DNA of 63,909 bases, filler included, from Octopus bimaculoides (lineage: Eukaryota): NCBI RefSeq assembly GCF_001194135.2. It is 9 parts of 9 records of this genome, joined end to end, with 100 filler letters (N's around TTAATTAATTAA, not from the genome) between each part and the next. Parts side by side here need not be neighbours in the genome. Positions count along the whole stretch, not along the records: positions 1 to 4,031 come from NC_068983.1; positions 4,132 to 10,816 come from NC_068987.1; positions 10,917 to 15,129 come from NC_069000.1; 6 more parts are not named here. One strand, 5' to 3'. The translations under genes were made by a program, and so were the position numbers. Of the stretch, positions 1 to 11,856 are shown piece after piece. How positions within the stretch are numbered: position 1 is the first letter of the stretch; each line of letters opens with the position of its first letter. The notes below the pieces were generated by a model that ran no database searches, had not been told where the DNA came from, and was given only the letters and a program-made list of their open reading frames with translations.

Positions 1-127
1 AAGGTATGAGATGTTTGAGGCCGTAAATAAATAAAAAATCTCTATCTTATCTGCATCTTGGAGATTTCGTCGTAGTATGTCAGCGAGATAATTTAGAATG
101 GGTTTCTCATTTATATATAGCCAGAAC
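1..127 (-). CDS. Coding exon of an unidentified spliced gene (runs off the window edge)
   Basis: Acceptor tttttccttaaggtcttcag|G. Only one frame is open to base 1: (R)FWLYINEKPILNYLADILRRNLQDADKIEIFYLFTASNISYL. The phase-2 start matches the phase-2 end of exon 936-845. Confidence 0.75.
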
Positions 128-844
128 CTGAAGACCTTAAGGAAAAACTACGAGAGAGGGAGAGAGGATGGAGGGGTAGACAGAGGCATGGCAGGAGAAA
201 AGATCATCATCATCATCATATATATATATAAAGAGAGAGAGAGAGAGGGGGGACCAGTCAAGCAGCACATCACGCTGTAATTCTTGGGCTGAGAAATCAA
301 CGATTGTGTGTGTGTGTGTGTATTTATGCATATGAATGTACATATCATCATAATTGTTTTAACATCCACTTTTGTATGCTTGCATATGTCAGATGAATCT
401 TTCTATGGCCAAATGCTCTTCCTGTTACAAACCATCATCTGTATCCAAGCAACAGAACATTTTACTTAGTTCTGCAAACAACAATCATGATGAAGTTGCA
501 TATGCTTTATAAACATAGTAGACATTTATGACTACCTCATGTAGCTTGTAAATTTAATTAACTTATATTATTAATTAGTTAATGCAGTTGTAGCTAAAAC
601 TTTGGGTGTATTCCACAGCAAATTTAGATATAAAAATAAATCAAGTTGGCAAGTCAGGTATATATGCATATAAAAACGTCTGTCTGTATGTATGATTGTA
701 TATATACATATATATGTAGGCAGATTGACTGAGAGATCCCACAAAGACAGTAGGGTACTTACCAAAGTAACAGAAAGAATAAAAAAACTACACAAAGATA
801 GAATATGTACATGTATAAGTGAAAGAAATTTGTGCTAAGTTTAC

Positions 845-936
845 CTTCTTAGCACTGTCCATGACACATTGACACCTTTGTCACGTAATTCATCAGAAAT
901 CTTTATGCACTCATAATCATTGTCATCTTGGGGTTC
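845..936 (-). CDS. Internal coding exon (92 nt) of the same gene
   Basis: atttgcag|GAACCC...AAGAAG|gtaaac. Encodes EPQDDNDYECIKISDELRDKGVNVSWTVLR+AG, phase 0 to 2; AG+G gives Arg with the next exon. Confidence 0.8.
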
Positions 937-949
937 CTGCAAATATTAT

Positions 950-950
950 T

Positions 951-1003
<53 letters not shown>
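950..1003. repeat. (AAT)n microsatellite / SINE tail
   Basis: Direct reading; abuts the 3' end of a minus-strand SINE. Confidence 0.95.
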
Positions 1004-1004
<1 letters not shown>

Positions 1005-1832
1005 CCTTTCTATTCAAGGCACAAGACCAGAAATTTGGGAGGAGGGGACTAGTTGATTACATCGATCCCAGTGTTTCACTGGTACTTAATTTATCAACCC
1101 TGAAAGGATGAGAGGTAAAGTCCACCCCAGCAGAATTTGAACTCAGAACATTCTGCCTAGCATACTAATGATTCTGCCAGCTTGCTGCCTTAATCCTAAC
1201 AATTTTAGAGGGAGGGTTTAGTCAATTACATCAACTCCAGTGTTCATCTGGTACTTTTTTCATCAACTCCAAAAGATGAAAGACAAATGCAACCTTGAAT
1301 TGTGAACCTAGAACATAAAACCAGAAGAAATGCTGTCAAGCATTTTATCTGGTATGCTAATGATTCTGCCAGCTTGCTACTTTAATACTGATTTCAAATT
1401 TTGGCACAAAGCCAGCAATTTCAGGGGAGGGGAGGTAAGTCAATTACATCAACCTCAGTGCTCAACTGGTACTTATTTAATTGACCCTGAAAGGATAGAA
1501 GGCAAAGCCTCTGAAGAATTTGTACTCAGAAAATGAAGATGGACAAAATGCTGCTAAGCATTTCACCCAGTGTGCTAACAATTCTGCAAGTTCACCATCT
1601 TCTGGCACCTTAACATTAATGATTTTTTTCTGCTATAAGCAGGCCAGAAATTTTATGAGGAGGGGCTTGTTCATTACATCAACAACAGTACTCAACTGGT
1701 ACTTATTTCATTGATTCTGAAAGAATGAAAGGCAAAGTTGACCTCAGTGGCATTTGAACACAGAATCTAAAGACAGACGATTCTAATGTCACTAAGCATT
1801 TTGTCCAGTACGCCAATGATTCTTCCAGCTCA
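1004..1832 (-). mobile_element. Four head-to-tail diverged copies of tRNA-derived SINE family A (about 1004-1190, 1200-1380, 1385-1600, 1630-1832)
   Basis: Each copy carries the reverse complement of the core CTGGTACTT...GAAAGGATGAAAGGCAAAGT...GAATTTGAACTCAGAAC...TGCCAGC seen intact at 16862-17094. Confidence 0.9.
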
Positions 1833-1860
1833 TGTACTTTAATAATAATAATAATAATAA

Positions 1861-1861
<1 letters not shown>

Positions 1862-1891
<30 letters not shown>

Positions 1892-2032
1892 AAGAAGAAG
1901 AAGAAGAAGAAGAAGAAGAAGAAGAAGAAGAAGAAGAAGAAGAAGAAGAAGAAGAAGAAGAAGAAGAAGAAGAAGAAGAAGAAGAAGAAGAAGAAGAAGA
2001 AGAAGAAGAAGAAGAAGAAGAAGAAGAAGAAG
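1862..2032. repeat. Perfect (AAG)n microsatellite, 57 units
   Basis: Direct reading; source of the poly-K ORF 1832-2143. Confidence 0.98.
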
Positions 2033-2214
2033 AATAAAATATTTGGCCAGAAGTATTATTATATGCTAGTTTTTATTAATTTTATTCTTATATTGATTTC
2101 ACTTTATTTTATTTTTTCTTTAATCTTCATATTTTATTCTTAGTCATTATCATCATTTAGCATCTGCTTTCTATTCTCGTGCATATACTTGCATATCTAG
2201 ACATGCTCATATAT

Positions 2215-2715
2215 ATTTAGACAATAAACTTCTGGAAAGTTTTACAGATTTTTACAGTTCCAGTGTTGGATTGGATATGTAGTCTTCAAATCAGCTTTCT
2301 CCTTTCTGGTTTTGAGAAGCCTAATTTCTCAAGATTGGTATTTAGGCAGTGTGCTAAATATCCCAGGGCCCCAATAATTACAGCTAGAAACCTGAACTTG
2401 TAATCTAGATAGAGTAACTGCAGATTTTTCAATAGCTCAGCATAAGTATTCTATTTTTCACTGATCTTCAACTTTATGTTAATGTCTACTGGGCAGCTAA
2501 TTTCAACAACTACACATTTTCACTTCTCTATTCCAAATCATTATATCAGGTCTGTTGTGCTTACATTTTATTGAGGTTTTCACTGGGAAATTCCACTAGT
2601 ACTCCTTTTTATTATGAGTGGCTATGACTTCTACTATATTGTGGGTTCTTATTTCTTTGTCCTCGGGGTTATCCTTCCAATGGATTTCATTATGTAGCAT
2701 CCTAGCCACAACATT
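2215..2715 (-). pseudogene. Dong/R4-like non-LTR retrotransposon, 3' end (end of CCHC knuckle plus restriction-like endonuclease), decayed
   Basis: Minus translation with stops and frameshifts: HNVVARMLHNEI...CKHNRPDIMIWNRE...VVEISCPVDINIKLKISEK*NTYAELL...VIIGALG...GTVKICKTF, matching the RPD..E..K RLE motif. Confidence 0.85.
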
Positions 2716-3215
2716 ATGATTACTAATTTAACTGGAAGCAGGCAGCAGTATACAGAGACATGAAAGGAGAAGCAGTGAACATCACAGAAGTCCTTCATGA
2801 GAAGACAGACTCCCTCTGGGAGGAAAATCTGGAGTGAAGAGAAGGAGTTTAACCAAGATGTTCTGTGGCTGGAAGAAATCCAAAGAAGTTATTGTCCCTG
2901 CATTACACCAAAGACATACAACATTGATGGTGATATCCTTGTAACTGTGATCCAGAAACTTCAGGATAGAAAAGCATCTGGAAGAGACTTGATTGTTGGA
3001 TATTGGTACAAGAAGCTAACCTTCTACCAACCATGTCTTATCAATCTGTACTAGCAAGCTCTCAATGAGAATAATAGCATACCAGACTGGTTAGCTCTGG
3101 CTGAGACAATACCGATCCCCAAATACAGAACCACCCACATAGCAAAAAAACTATCAGCCAATTACCAGAGTGTAATGTATAAGATATTATACAGCATGCT
3201 TAAACCTCTTCCTCT
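2716..3215 (+). pseudogene. Dong/R4-like retrotransposon, pre-RT and early RT segment, opposite orientation to the adjacent 3' end
   Basis: RKIWSEEKEFNQDVLWL...KASGRDLIVGYWYKK...IPDWLALAETIPIPK...YQPI...MYKIL resembles the KSPGPD/W.K/P.WL..G.T.LIPK/YRPI region. Confidence 0.75.
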
Positions 3216-3224
3216 AAGACCATT

Positions 3225-3655
3225 CATCATCATCATCACCATCATCTTCATCGTCATCATCTTCATTTAACATCTGCTTTTCATGCTGGCATGTCTTGGA
3301 TGGTTTGACTGAAAGCTGGTAAGCCAGGGGGCTGCACCAGGTTCCAATCTGATTTGGCAAGGTTTCTACAGCTGGATGCCCTTCCTAACACCAACCACTC
3401 TGAGAGTGTAGTGGGTGCATTTTACGTGCCACTGGCATGGGTGCCATTGACCTGACACTGGCATTGGTGATGACTATGGTCTCACTTGACTTGGCAGGTC
3501 AACACAAGCATGGTATATCGCCAAAGGTCTCAGTCACCTATCACTGCCTCCATGAGGCCCAACGCTCAAATGGTGCTTTTTACATGCCATTGGCATGGGT
3601 GCCAGTCAGACAGCACTGGCATCGGCCCAATAACATCATCACAGCAGAATAAGCA
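3225..3655 (-). mobile_element. RTE-type LINE 3' UTR/tail fragment with (CAT)n tail
   Basis: (CAT)n-TTTAACATCTGCTTTTCATGCTGGCATG...GGATGCCCTTCCTAACACCAACCAC; the same tail start recurs at 41748-41830. Confidence 0.65.
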
Positions 3656-3761
3656 GCTGGAAACATGGGAGTCTGGGGATGTGTCAAGCAATTGTTAATC
3701 AACAAAACTGTGATGTCAGAGGCACGAGAGCATAGGAGGAACCTAGTTTCAATGTGGCTAG

Positions 3762-4025
3762 TGTTATGTTTCCCTCGGGTGACTCGTAGAGATAACACAA
3801 CGAGTTATACAATTTAATTATTACATTTATTGTTCAATTACATACAAAGAACGCACTCACCCAATGTTCGTTATGAATAAACAAAAGTCATGTCCGCCAT
3901 ATATATATCAATGACATTTTACTACGACAGTCCCACAAGACAACAACAATGAAACAATGAACTCAGACGAACCACATGACACACGGAACGTCAGACGAAT
4001 TACATATCTAACAGTCCATATAACA
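3762..4025 (-). mobile_element. Solo LTR (264 bp)
   Basis: TGTTAT...ATAACA termini; exact 5-bp TSD GCTAG at 3757-3761 and 4026-4030; AATAAA and a TATA-like tract on the minus strand. Confidence 0.85.
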
Positions 4026-4131
4026 GCTAGANNNNNNNNNNNNNNNNNNNNNNNNNNNNNNNNNNNNNNNNNNNNTTAATTAATTAANNNNNNNNNNNNN
4101 NNNNNNNNNNNNNNNNNNNNNNNNNNNNNNN

Positions 4132-4751
4132 TTGGGAATATACCCGCAAGTGGCCTACACAAGCTCATGCACCGCACGAAAAATAGAGAAGTGGTATGTC
4201 TTCCCACAGATAAGTCCGGCAGAATGTCAATAGACAGCCCGCCGAACTATATCCAGGCAATGCAACCCCACATCGCCAATACGAAGGTAACAGCCTTACA
4301 GGCGCATGGGGAAAGAGAAAAAGTCCTCAATGCCCACATGATGATGTGGACAATTGTTCTTAGACCCCAGAAGCGCACAGCCAACAACTTCCAAGCCTGC
4401 AACAATGATATCCCGACGCTGTATGGGCTCCGTAAGGACCACAAAGTAACAACTAATCCTGTAGTGGGACCACCAACAAGACCAGTCTGTGGAACGAATG
4501 TCGCTAGTAACTACAGGATTTCCTACTTCCTCTCAATGATCATACGCCCCATAATCCAGATGTCACCTGATGTCTGTGACAGCACAGAAGATCTCCTCAG
4601 CAAGATCAACGACTGCAACAACACTTTGAACCTGACAGGGTGTATAGTGGGTAGCATGAATGTTGTATCACTATACCCATCTATCGACGTGGATTTTGCA
4701 GTGGAAAAGTGCGTGGAGATGATCAACGAGAGCGAAGTAGAGTTCCAATAA
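4132..4751 (+). mobile_element. Penelope-like element reverse transcriptase fragment
   Basis: ORF 4167-4751 has PTDKSG, LYGLRKDHK, PPTRPVCG and SMNVVSLYPSID, corresponding to the PLE ADKG / LYGLPKIHK / RPIV / S.DV.SLY motifs; truncated after the first RT Asp motif. Confidence 0.88.
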
Positions 4752-5318
4752 TAATATGAACAAAGTATAATACAATACATAGAAAAACAAATGGAATTAA
4801 ATACTACATACGTTAACAAAATTTAATTGAACACAAAACAAAACACACACACATGAACAAATAAATAAATAAAAACAAATACAAACAAACACGTATTAAC
4901 AGAGAATATAGGTGATACAGACACTCCCCATACACACATGCACTTACAAAAGACACAGACACATTGAAGGACACGCATGCGTAGACACATACAATAGGAA
5001 TACAAAATACAAAATGGCTGATAATTAGCAAGGTGAGACACACATAAGAAAGAATGAAATAAAGGACCACCGATGAGGTCACAGAAGTGNNNNNNNNNNN
5101 NNNNNNNNNNNNNNNNNNNNNNNNNNNNNNNNNNNNNNNNNNNNNNNNNNNNNNNNNNNNNNNNNNNNNNNNNNNNNNNNNNNNNNNNNNNNNNNNNNNN
5201 NNNNNNNNNNNNNNNNNNNNNNNNNNNNNNNNNNNNNNNNNNNNNNNNNNNNNNNNNNNNNNNNNNNNNNNNNNNNNNNNNNNNNNNNNNNNNNNNNNNN
5301 NNNNNNNNNNNNNNNNNN

Positions 5319-5364
<46 letters not shown>

Positions 5365-5418
5365 CGTACGCATGCATGTATGTGCATATATATATATATA
5401 TATGTGTATGCATGTATA

Positions 5419-6188
5419 CATGGTCTGATGAATAAGTATTTGGACTGTAACCATAATAACGAGGCTAAAGCACGCAAGTTAAAACCAGTTGGCAAAAACT
5501 ATCCCTGAACACACCTGTGTATGAACACCAAATTTGAAAGTGTTAGCGTGCTTTCCCTGTCAAATTCTGACAAAAGCTTTGTGATACCTGCTCAGAGGCC
5601 TATCCACATTGTTCAGAAAGTTTTCATCGTTCTTGACACAATCAAGATCTACTGCCACTGAAACCCTACTGTCTTTTTGGTCAGCTAAAAGCAGTTTCGG
5701 CACAAACATGACTGACACGCATTTCATACCCAAATCTTCAGTGATAATAGACTCAACTGAACCATAACTAATCTGCACATCCTCTGATAATTCGCGGATG
5801 GTGATTCTACGATTTCTCCTCACAGATGAACGCACATCTGCGATGTTTTTTTTTTTCAGTTCTGCTGGTTGCAGGTCTTTCAGAACGTTCGTTAATATCG
5901 ACATTTCTCTGGTCATCATGGAAACGTGTGAACCACTCGTACACTTAATGCGGCTCAAACACCCCTCTCCTTACAATCTTTGCAACATTACGTAAACCTC
6001 TGAGTAGGTATCACCATGACAACGTCCTTTGTCATGGTCAATGCAACGATCACACACTGCACACCTTCATTCCAACTACTGCTGTAAACAGCGTGGAGTT
6101 GAAGGTCAGTCTTTGCCAAGCGCTTCACTCTGAGTGCTTAGGATTTGTTACTATGGCAACAGTCCTGATACATATTGATCAGACCTCA
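5419..6188 (-). mobile_element. Internally deleted Tc1/mariner element with both TIRs
   Basis: TIRs CATGGTCTGATGAATAAGTATTTGGACTGT and TGAGGTCTGATCAATATGTATCAGGACTGT with TA TSDs. ORF RRITIRELSEDVQISYGSVESIITEDLGMKCVSVMFVPKLL is the HTH2 plus WVPxxL linker; the catalytic domain is missing. Confidence 0.88.
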
Positions 6189-9100
6189 TATATTACATAT
6201 GAATGTACATGTATATGCATATATATATGATATACGCATGCATATGTATATGCATATATACATTTACCTATGATATGTACATGCACCCATACATACAGAC
6301 GCACACACACACATATGTATGTACATATGTATGTATGTACATATGTATGTATGTATGTATGCATGGATGGATGGATGTCGTTGTCATTTTAAGAGATTAG
6401 AAATGCACCGGTACCTGTTATGCGTGTTTTGTTGGAATTATCCTAAAAAGTTATAGTCACTGTGTGTGGAATCGGTAACCAATAACGAATAATACAATAA
6501 AACATTGTGACAATATTGAAGCGTCACTGATGAAATATTTTCAGCATCGAATCCCCGATTTAAAAACATTCAACATTTTCTAAAATCGATTGATGAATCA
6601 ACGTCTCCTATGTCGGTGAAGCTCTGTAAATGTACCAACCATGAATATTTGCCTCTGCTATGCGCTAGCAAATCTAATGGAAAATAAAGAATAAAATATT
6701 TTAACCACGCTAACAATTACATTTACACACTGTTGTAATTATTCCGTTTATGTTTTCTAGTTTTTGTTTTGTGATAAGTGCACGCATCTATTTCGTCAGA
6801 GTAGTAAGTAAGTAAATTTATAGAGATGAATTGTTTATTGTTATCGGCATATTATTTACAAATCCTAGAACTCCAAATGCCGAAATTTCGCTCCATAACC
6901 CACACCGAACAATAATGAAGTCTTTTACAAGCGACATGCATAATCTTACCGAACATGATATATTGGCCTCAATGTGTATTTTCTGTCTGATTTGTGATGC
7001 TTATCAAATTTTAGATCTTTTCTCTTCGAGAGGCAAGAAAACACCTGCTCAATGTTATCCACGAATAAATTTCGATGTTATTTTCAAAATAGATTTTGAT
7101 CATTTCCAGAGAGGCATTAATGTGAACATTAACCTGAATATCTGAAAACTGCACCTATTGCAGTATCTAACATGTTTGATGGGAGCAATGTGGCTCACAT
7201 TCTTAAATAATATGAACTAAAATAAAAAATTGTATTAATTTACAGCGAGGCTTGGTCATAGATTTTTAGTCTTAAGTTTATAAGCTGCAAATAGTCCATA
7301 ACATGTCACGTGCTGTTAGTACTCTGTAGTCTTCAAGCGTAAATGTAATGAACCGGTGTTTCTAATGCTGTGATTCGAAATAACTGTAAGATGAAAACTG
7401 GAACTATTATATGATTAAAACGTATGTTTGTCGGCTTTTATGCAAAGTGTTTGGGAAAAGGCTATTTTCATTAAAACCAACCCCTTTCCCTCACAACACA
7501 CGGAGATCTTATTGCTTTAAACTTTATTACTAACTGTTTTTGTCGATGACATTCGCCATTAGTTTCCTAGGATTCAAGATTTTGTTTCTTTGCGTTCACC
7601 TAATCTAGCCTACATCAACAATTAAGAGTCTTCCCATATTACCTTTGCAATAAACTTGTCAGTCTATTGTCAACACGTATGTTAGCAATGATTTATTTTC
7701 CTAATTTTGTCATTTATTGTTTTCACAATTTTCCTTGACGCTTCTTATATTTCGTTAAAACAAGTCTTCCATCTTCTATTATTCGGTTACCAAATAATAC
7801 GCTTTTATTTGCATTGCTCTTAGCGTTATCGCAATTGGAAAGTAAAATCAAATTACAAATTGCAAACAAAGTGTTTCCACTTATTAATGTAATTGTTCAA
7901 GTTATTCTTGATTTTATTCTACCAGCATTGCTTCAAGATTTCTCCGCGCGAAGTGTCGCATATCCTTATGTAATTATTCGGAAGGTTAACATGTAGGTTT
8001 TCTGATTTTATTCTTATTGTGTTAGTGAAAAACGCAACCTTCAATAAATTTAGTGTATTTTAAATAGCTGTACATTAAATTTTGCATGAAATTTCAAGTT
8101 CTTATTTTTAATCCCGTCATATATTACACTGTGATGATTAAAGAAATATTTCCCACTTATCTGTTGTGGTTGCTTTTTGACGAGAATATCGCATATTCAC
8201 GTCCTTTCATGACCACAAGCTTCGTGAAGTATAACGTCAAACGTTCGGTTGAATCTAATTATGTTTTGTACTTCCATCTTTATCTCCAACAGTGAAGTAA
8301 TCATTTAAAATTGTTTTTCATCATTTGCCTATTGTAGTTTTATTCGGAATTTTGTTTCACATGAAGTAAACTATTTCTGGAAGCAGCATACTTTAAAAAA
8401 ATACACCGGTTTTGAAAGTACATCCATTTACTAAAATAATTATGCATTCAATTAACAGGTTTATAAAATATCTAATATTTAATTCGCTTTTGTTAAACTA
8501 TTCTGTCTTTAAGTTCTGTTGTAAGAACTGTAATATTCTTAAGTGCATGATACGAAAGTTATGCATGAATATGTGCATGTACACACATGGGCGCGCGCAT
8601 ACAAACAAGAATATATATATATATATATATANNNNNNNNNNNNNNNNNNNNNNNNNNNNNNNNNNNNNNNNNNNNNNNNNNNNNNNNNNNNNNNNNNNNN
8701 NNNNNNNNNNNNNNNNNNNNNNNNNNNNNNNNNNNNNNNNNNNNNNNNNNNNNNNNNNNNNNNNNNNNNNNNNNNNNNNNNNNNNNNNNNNNNNNNNNNN
8801 NNNNNNNNNNNNNNNNNNNNNNNNNNNNNACCCTAAACCTTCCTCACTTACAGACCAAAAATACTAATACCCAGTTTGGTGCCTTTAACGATGAGACTGG
8901 GAACTTCATATTTCGGTAGCACACGCAAAATTTGCGTAGAATTATGACTCGAGCAATATTGGTTTCGTCTATCGTTTTAAATTACATTTGTTTACTGTCG
9001 TACGTTCAAACTATATTGTTTTGTTTACTCGAGAAATACAAATTCCATTCAAATTTTTACATGCATTACCTGGGGTCATGGGCTAAAAAGATTTTCAACT

Positions 9101-9578
9101 TCTTGCCTAATGCGGGATGGGAGCAATCTTTTAGACTGGTTCGGTATTACGTGTCAAAAGATAATATTGTTTCACTTTTATTCTTTCACCTTTAATTCTA
9201 ATAAGATAAGACTAATGTTATAATTCTAATGTGATAAGAAAAATAAAACTTTTATTTTTTCACTTTTAATTCTTATTTCTATTATATTTGAAATAAATGA
9301 ATAATTTATAGCCTAATGTGAACAAGATCACGCATCAGCAACTTTCCGTCTTTACGACCATGACAGGAGAATGGTGTGTCAGTATATGAGTGTTGACTGA
9401 TATAAAGAATGGCTGGAGGTAAAACTCTTGACAAAGCACAATGAGATGGCAGCTCCAACGTATATAAAATATACATTTACCGTTCAATTACCAGTAAATA
9501 ATTATCACAGCAGCTTTAAATTTGCAAGGTATTAACAGTAACATAGTAACCCTTAAGTTAACATTTAATACGTGTACG

Positions 9579-9612
<34 letters not shown>

Positions 9613-9619
9613 AAAATTA

Positions 9620-10545
9620 TCTATAATAATTACTGTGGCATTTACCGTTAAATTAGCATTTCGTATACGTGCTTCTATTTGGTTAATTTGCTTATATTTG
9701 GTTAATTTACAATGCATACAAAAATAAAGACATACAACTGCTTGCAAAAACAGATAAATATATAAGTTTTGTATGTTCATAATTTTTTATTTACAATATT
9801 GAAAAACAAAATGCCACAAAAAAAAAAAAGAAGTAATCTCTCCAGAAGCAAGTATAAATCAAGGAACACTGTAGAAAACCGAAGGCGCGAGTTTCAAAAG
9901 AGAAAGGAGATGAGACTTTCTCAAGAGCAGCACGTCAAATGGAGTCTCAAACAGAAGCGAGATGAGACTTTCTCAAGATCACCAAAGGCATGCTGCAGCA
10001 CTTAATACTGATTCATTAAACCAACGTTTTAATGAATAGACATCGGTCCAACACAATGGCTCTCAGAAACAGAACAAATACAAATTCCTTCTTTACAATT
10101 CCTGGAGCTGCTTTCAGATATGATCCATCCCATTCTTATAAAAATGATAATTCTTTCCAAATTGGTGTGCTAAATTCAAACTTCCTTTTCTGCAAAGCTT
10201 TAAATTTTCGAAATAAAATTAATTGTATGTGCTGCTCAGGCGGTAAGCTAAGATTGTCAGCACTACCAGTTCCTCCTAAAACTCTTACGTATCTCATGGA
10301 AGGCAATTCCATCCAGTCAAATGGTTTTCTCAACAATATCAGACTATACAACTTTGCATTTCAAATGACATCGTTTGGTGCATCTAGAGATATAGCTGAA
10401 CATGAATTTATACCGATGTTCAAAGTTCAAGGGCAAGACTGTCACCTCATTGGATCCCTGTTGCCCACAAATGAACAATCAAAGTTCCTCCAAATTTACT
10501 TTATGAGTGATGTTCGACAACAGATCCGAATCAGGTGTCAACACT
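9620..10545 (+). mobile_element. Helitron 5' portion (N-terminal RepHel region)
   Basis: A|TCTATAATAAT 5' terminus. ORF 10032-10667 has AFRYDP...CMCCSGGK...FLNNIRLYNFAFQMTSFGA...FKVQGQ.CHLIGSLLP...FLQIYF. The 3' hairpin/CTRR end was not found. Confidence 0.9.
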
Positions 10546-11224
10546 TCAGACAATGGGTCGTGTTAAACGTAGCGCCCGCCGCCGCAATGGAGATTATATT
10601 CACTGACAGATTTTCGGTGCATTCAAGAATCACACACCCCCACCCCCAATTTTCCATGATAAGTTAGGGATTGCAATTTTCCAAACGGAGGCATGACATA
10701 TAGATTAGTCGAATTAGCTCACCGTTTACTTCAAGAATGATTTGTCATCAATGCTGTACTTTCCCGTATCACCTTTTTTAACGCAACTAAAATATATGTA
10801 CAAATTATGCCGTTTTNNNNNNNNNNNNNNNNNNNNNNNNNNNNNNNNNNNNNNNNNNNNTTAATTAATTAANNNNNNNNNNNNNNNNNNNNNNNNNNNN
10901 NNNNNNNNNNNNNNNNATATATATATATATATATATATATATACATGCTTGACTGTGTTTCATTGTGCGTGTGCTCGTGGGTGTATTTTGGGCTTTCGCA
11001 CGTCCACCAGATGCTATTCACTCGGAAGCATATTGGTCAACTCTGAACCTACCATGAGAAGCACATCCTGAAAGTTCTGTGAGATAGGAGTGAAACCCCA
11101 GATCACGTAAATGTGAAACGATCTTTTTAAACCATATACCTGAGACTGAACCACTTCTACGCATATGAACACATAAATTCATGCGTACACGTGCACGTAG
11201 ATGTTCATATGTACAGATTGTTTA

Positions 11225-11530
11225 ATTGTTTCAGTCATTAGACTGCAGCGATGCTGGGACACCGTCTTGAAGAATTTTTGTCAATGGAATCGCCCCCAGC
11301 TCCTATCTTTTAAATCTGGTATTTATCCTGTCAACCCCTTTGCCGAACCAATAGAATACGGAGGCATATACACACTAACACCGGTTGTCAAGCGGCGGTG
11401 GGGCAAACACAAAGGTGCACACATACATACACTCGAAAGTCTTTGGCTGTCCCGAGGTTATAGTAGAAAACACCTGCCCAATATGCATATAAAGAGACTG
11501 AACCCATAACTATTTGTGAACTTCTTACTT
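11225..11530 (-). mobile_element. SINE family B, diverged
   Basis: TTTCAGTCATTAGACTGCAGCGATGCTGG...CCGGTTGTCAAGCGG...ACACCTGCCC...GACTGAACCC, shared with other family B copies. Confidence 0.85.
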
Positions 11531-11555
11531 AACATGCACGCCTATATATACACAC

Positions 11556-11599
<44 letters not shown>

Positions 11600-11647
11600 C
11601 GAGAGAGAGAAAGAGAGAGAAAATTTCTTTTATGGAAAATATATTGT

Positions 11648-11856
11648 TTTCTACTCTAGACACAAGGCCTGAAATTTTGGGCGAGCGGGCGAGTCGATTA
11701 GATCGACTCCAGTACGCAACTAGTACTTAATTTAGCAACTCCAAAAGGATGAATGGTAAAGTCGACCTCGGTGGAATTTGAACTCAGAACATTAAGACAG
11801 ACGAAATGCCGCTAAGCATTTCGCTCGGCGTGCTAACGCTTCTGCCAGCTCGCCGC
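11648..11856 (-). mobile_element. SINE family A
   Basis: Near full-length reverse complement of the family A core. Confidence 0.92.

Noticed and set aside
1832-2143. Poly-lysine ORF, and the poly-L/Y (18939-19215), poly-H/M (49973-50281) and YI/HT/CV/SL-repeat ORFs throughout
   Set aside because: They are translations of tri- and dinucleotide microsatellites, often extended through N-gaps; there is no coding evidence.
4076-4087. Recurrent TTAATTAATTAA motif (also near 10861, 15175, 34418, 35825, 39360, 57217, 62433)
   Set aside because: It is always flanked by about 40-50 Ns on both sides, so it is an assembly gap spacer and not biological.
5423-5445. CTGATGA as a hammerhead box
   Set aside because: It is part of the mariner TIR and has no helix II or GAAA box.
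6950-7141. Acceptor at 7141 and strong donor TCG|gtaaga at 6950
   Set aside because: No single frame is open between them, and the sub-exons are not phase-compatible with the 12916>936 chain.
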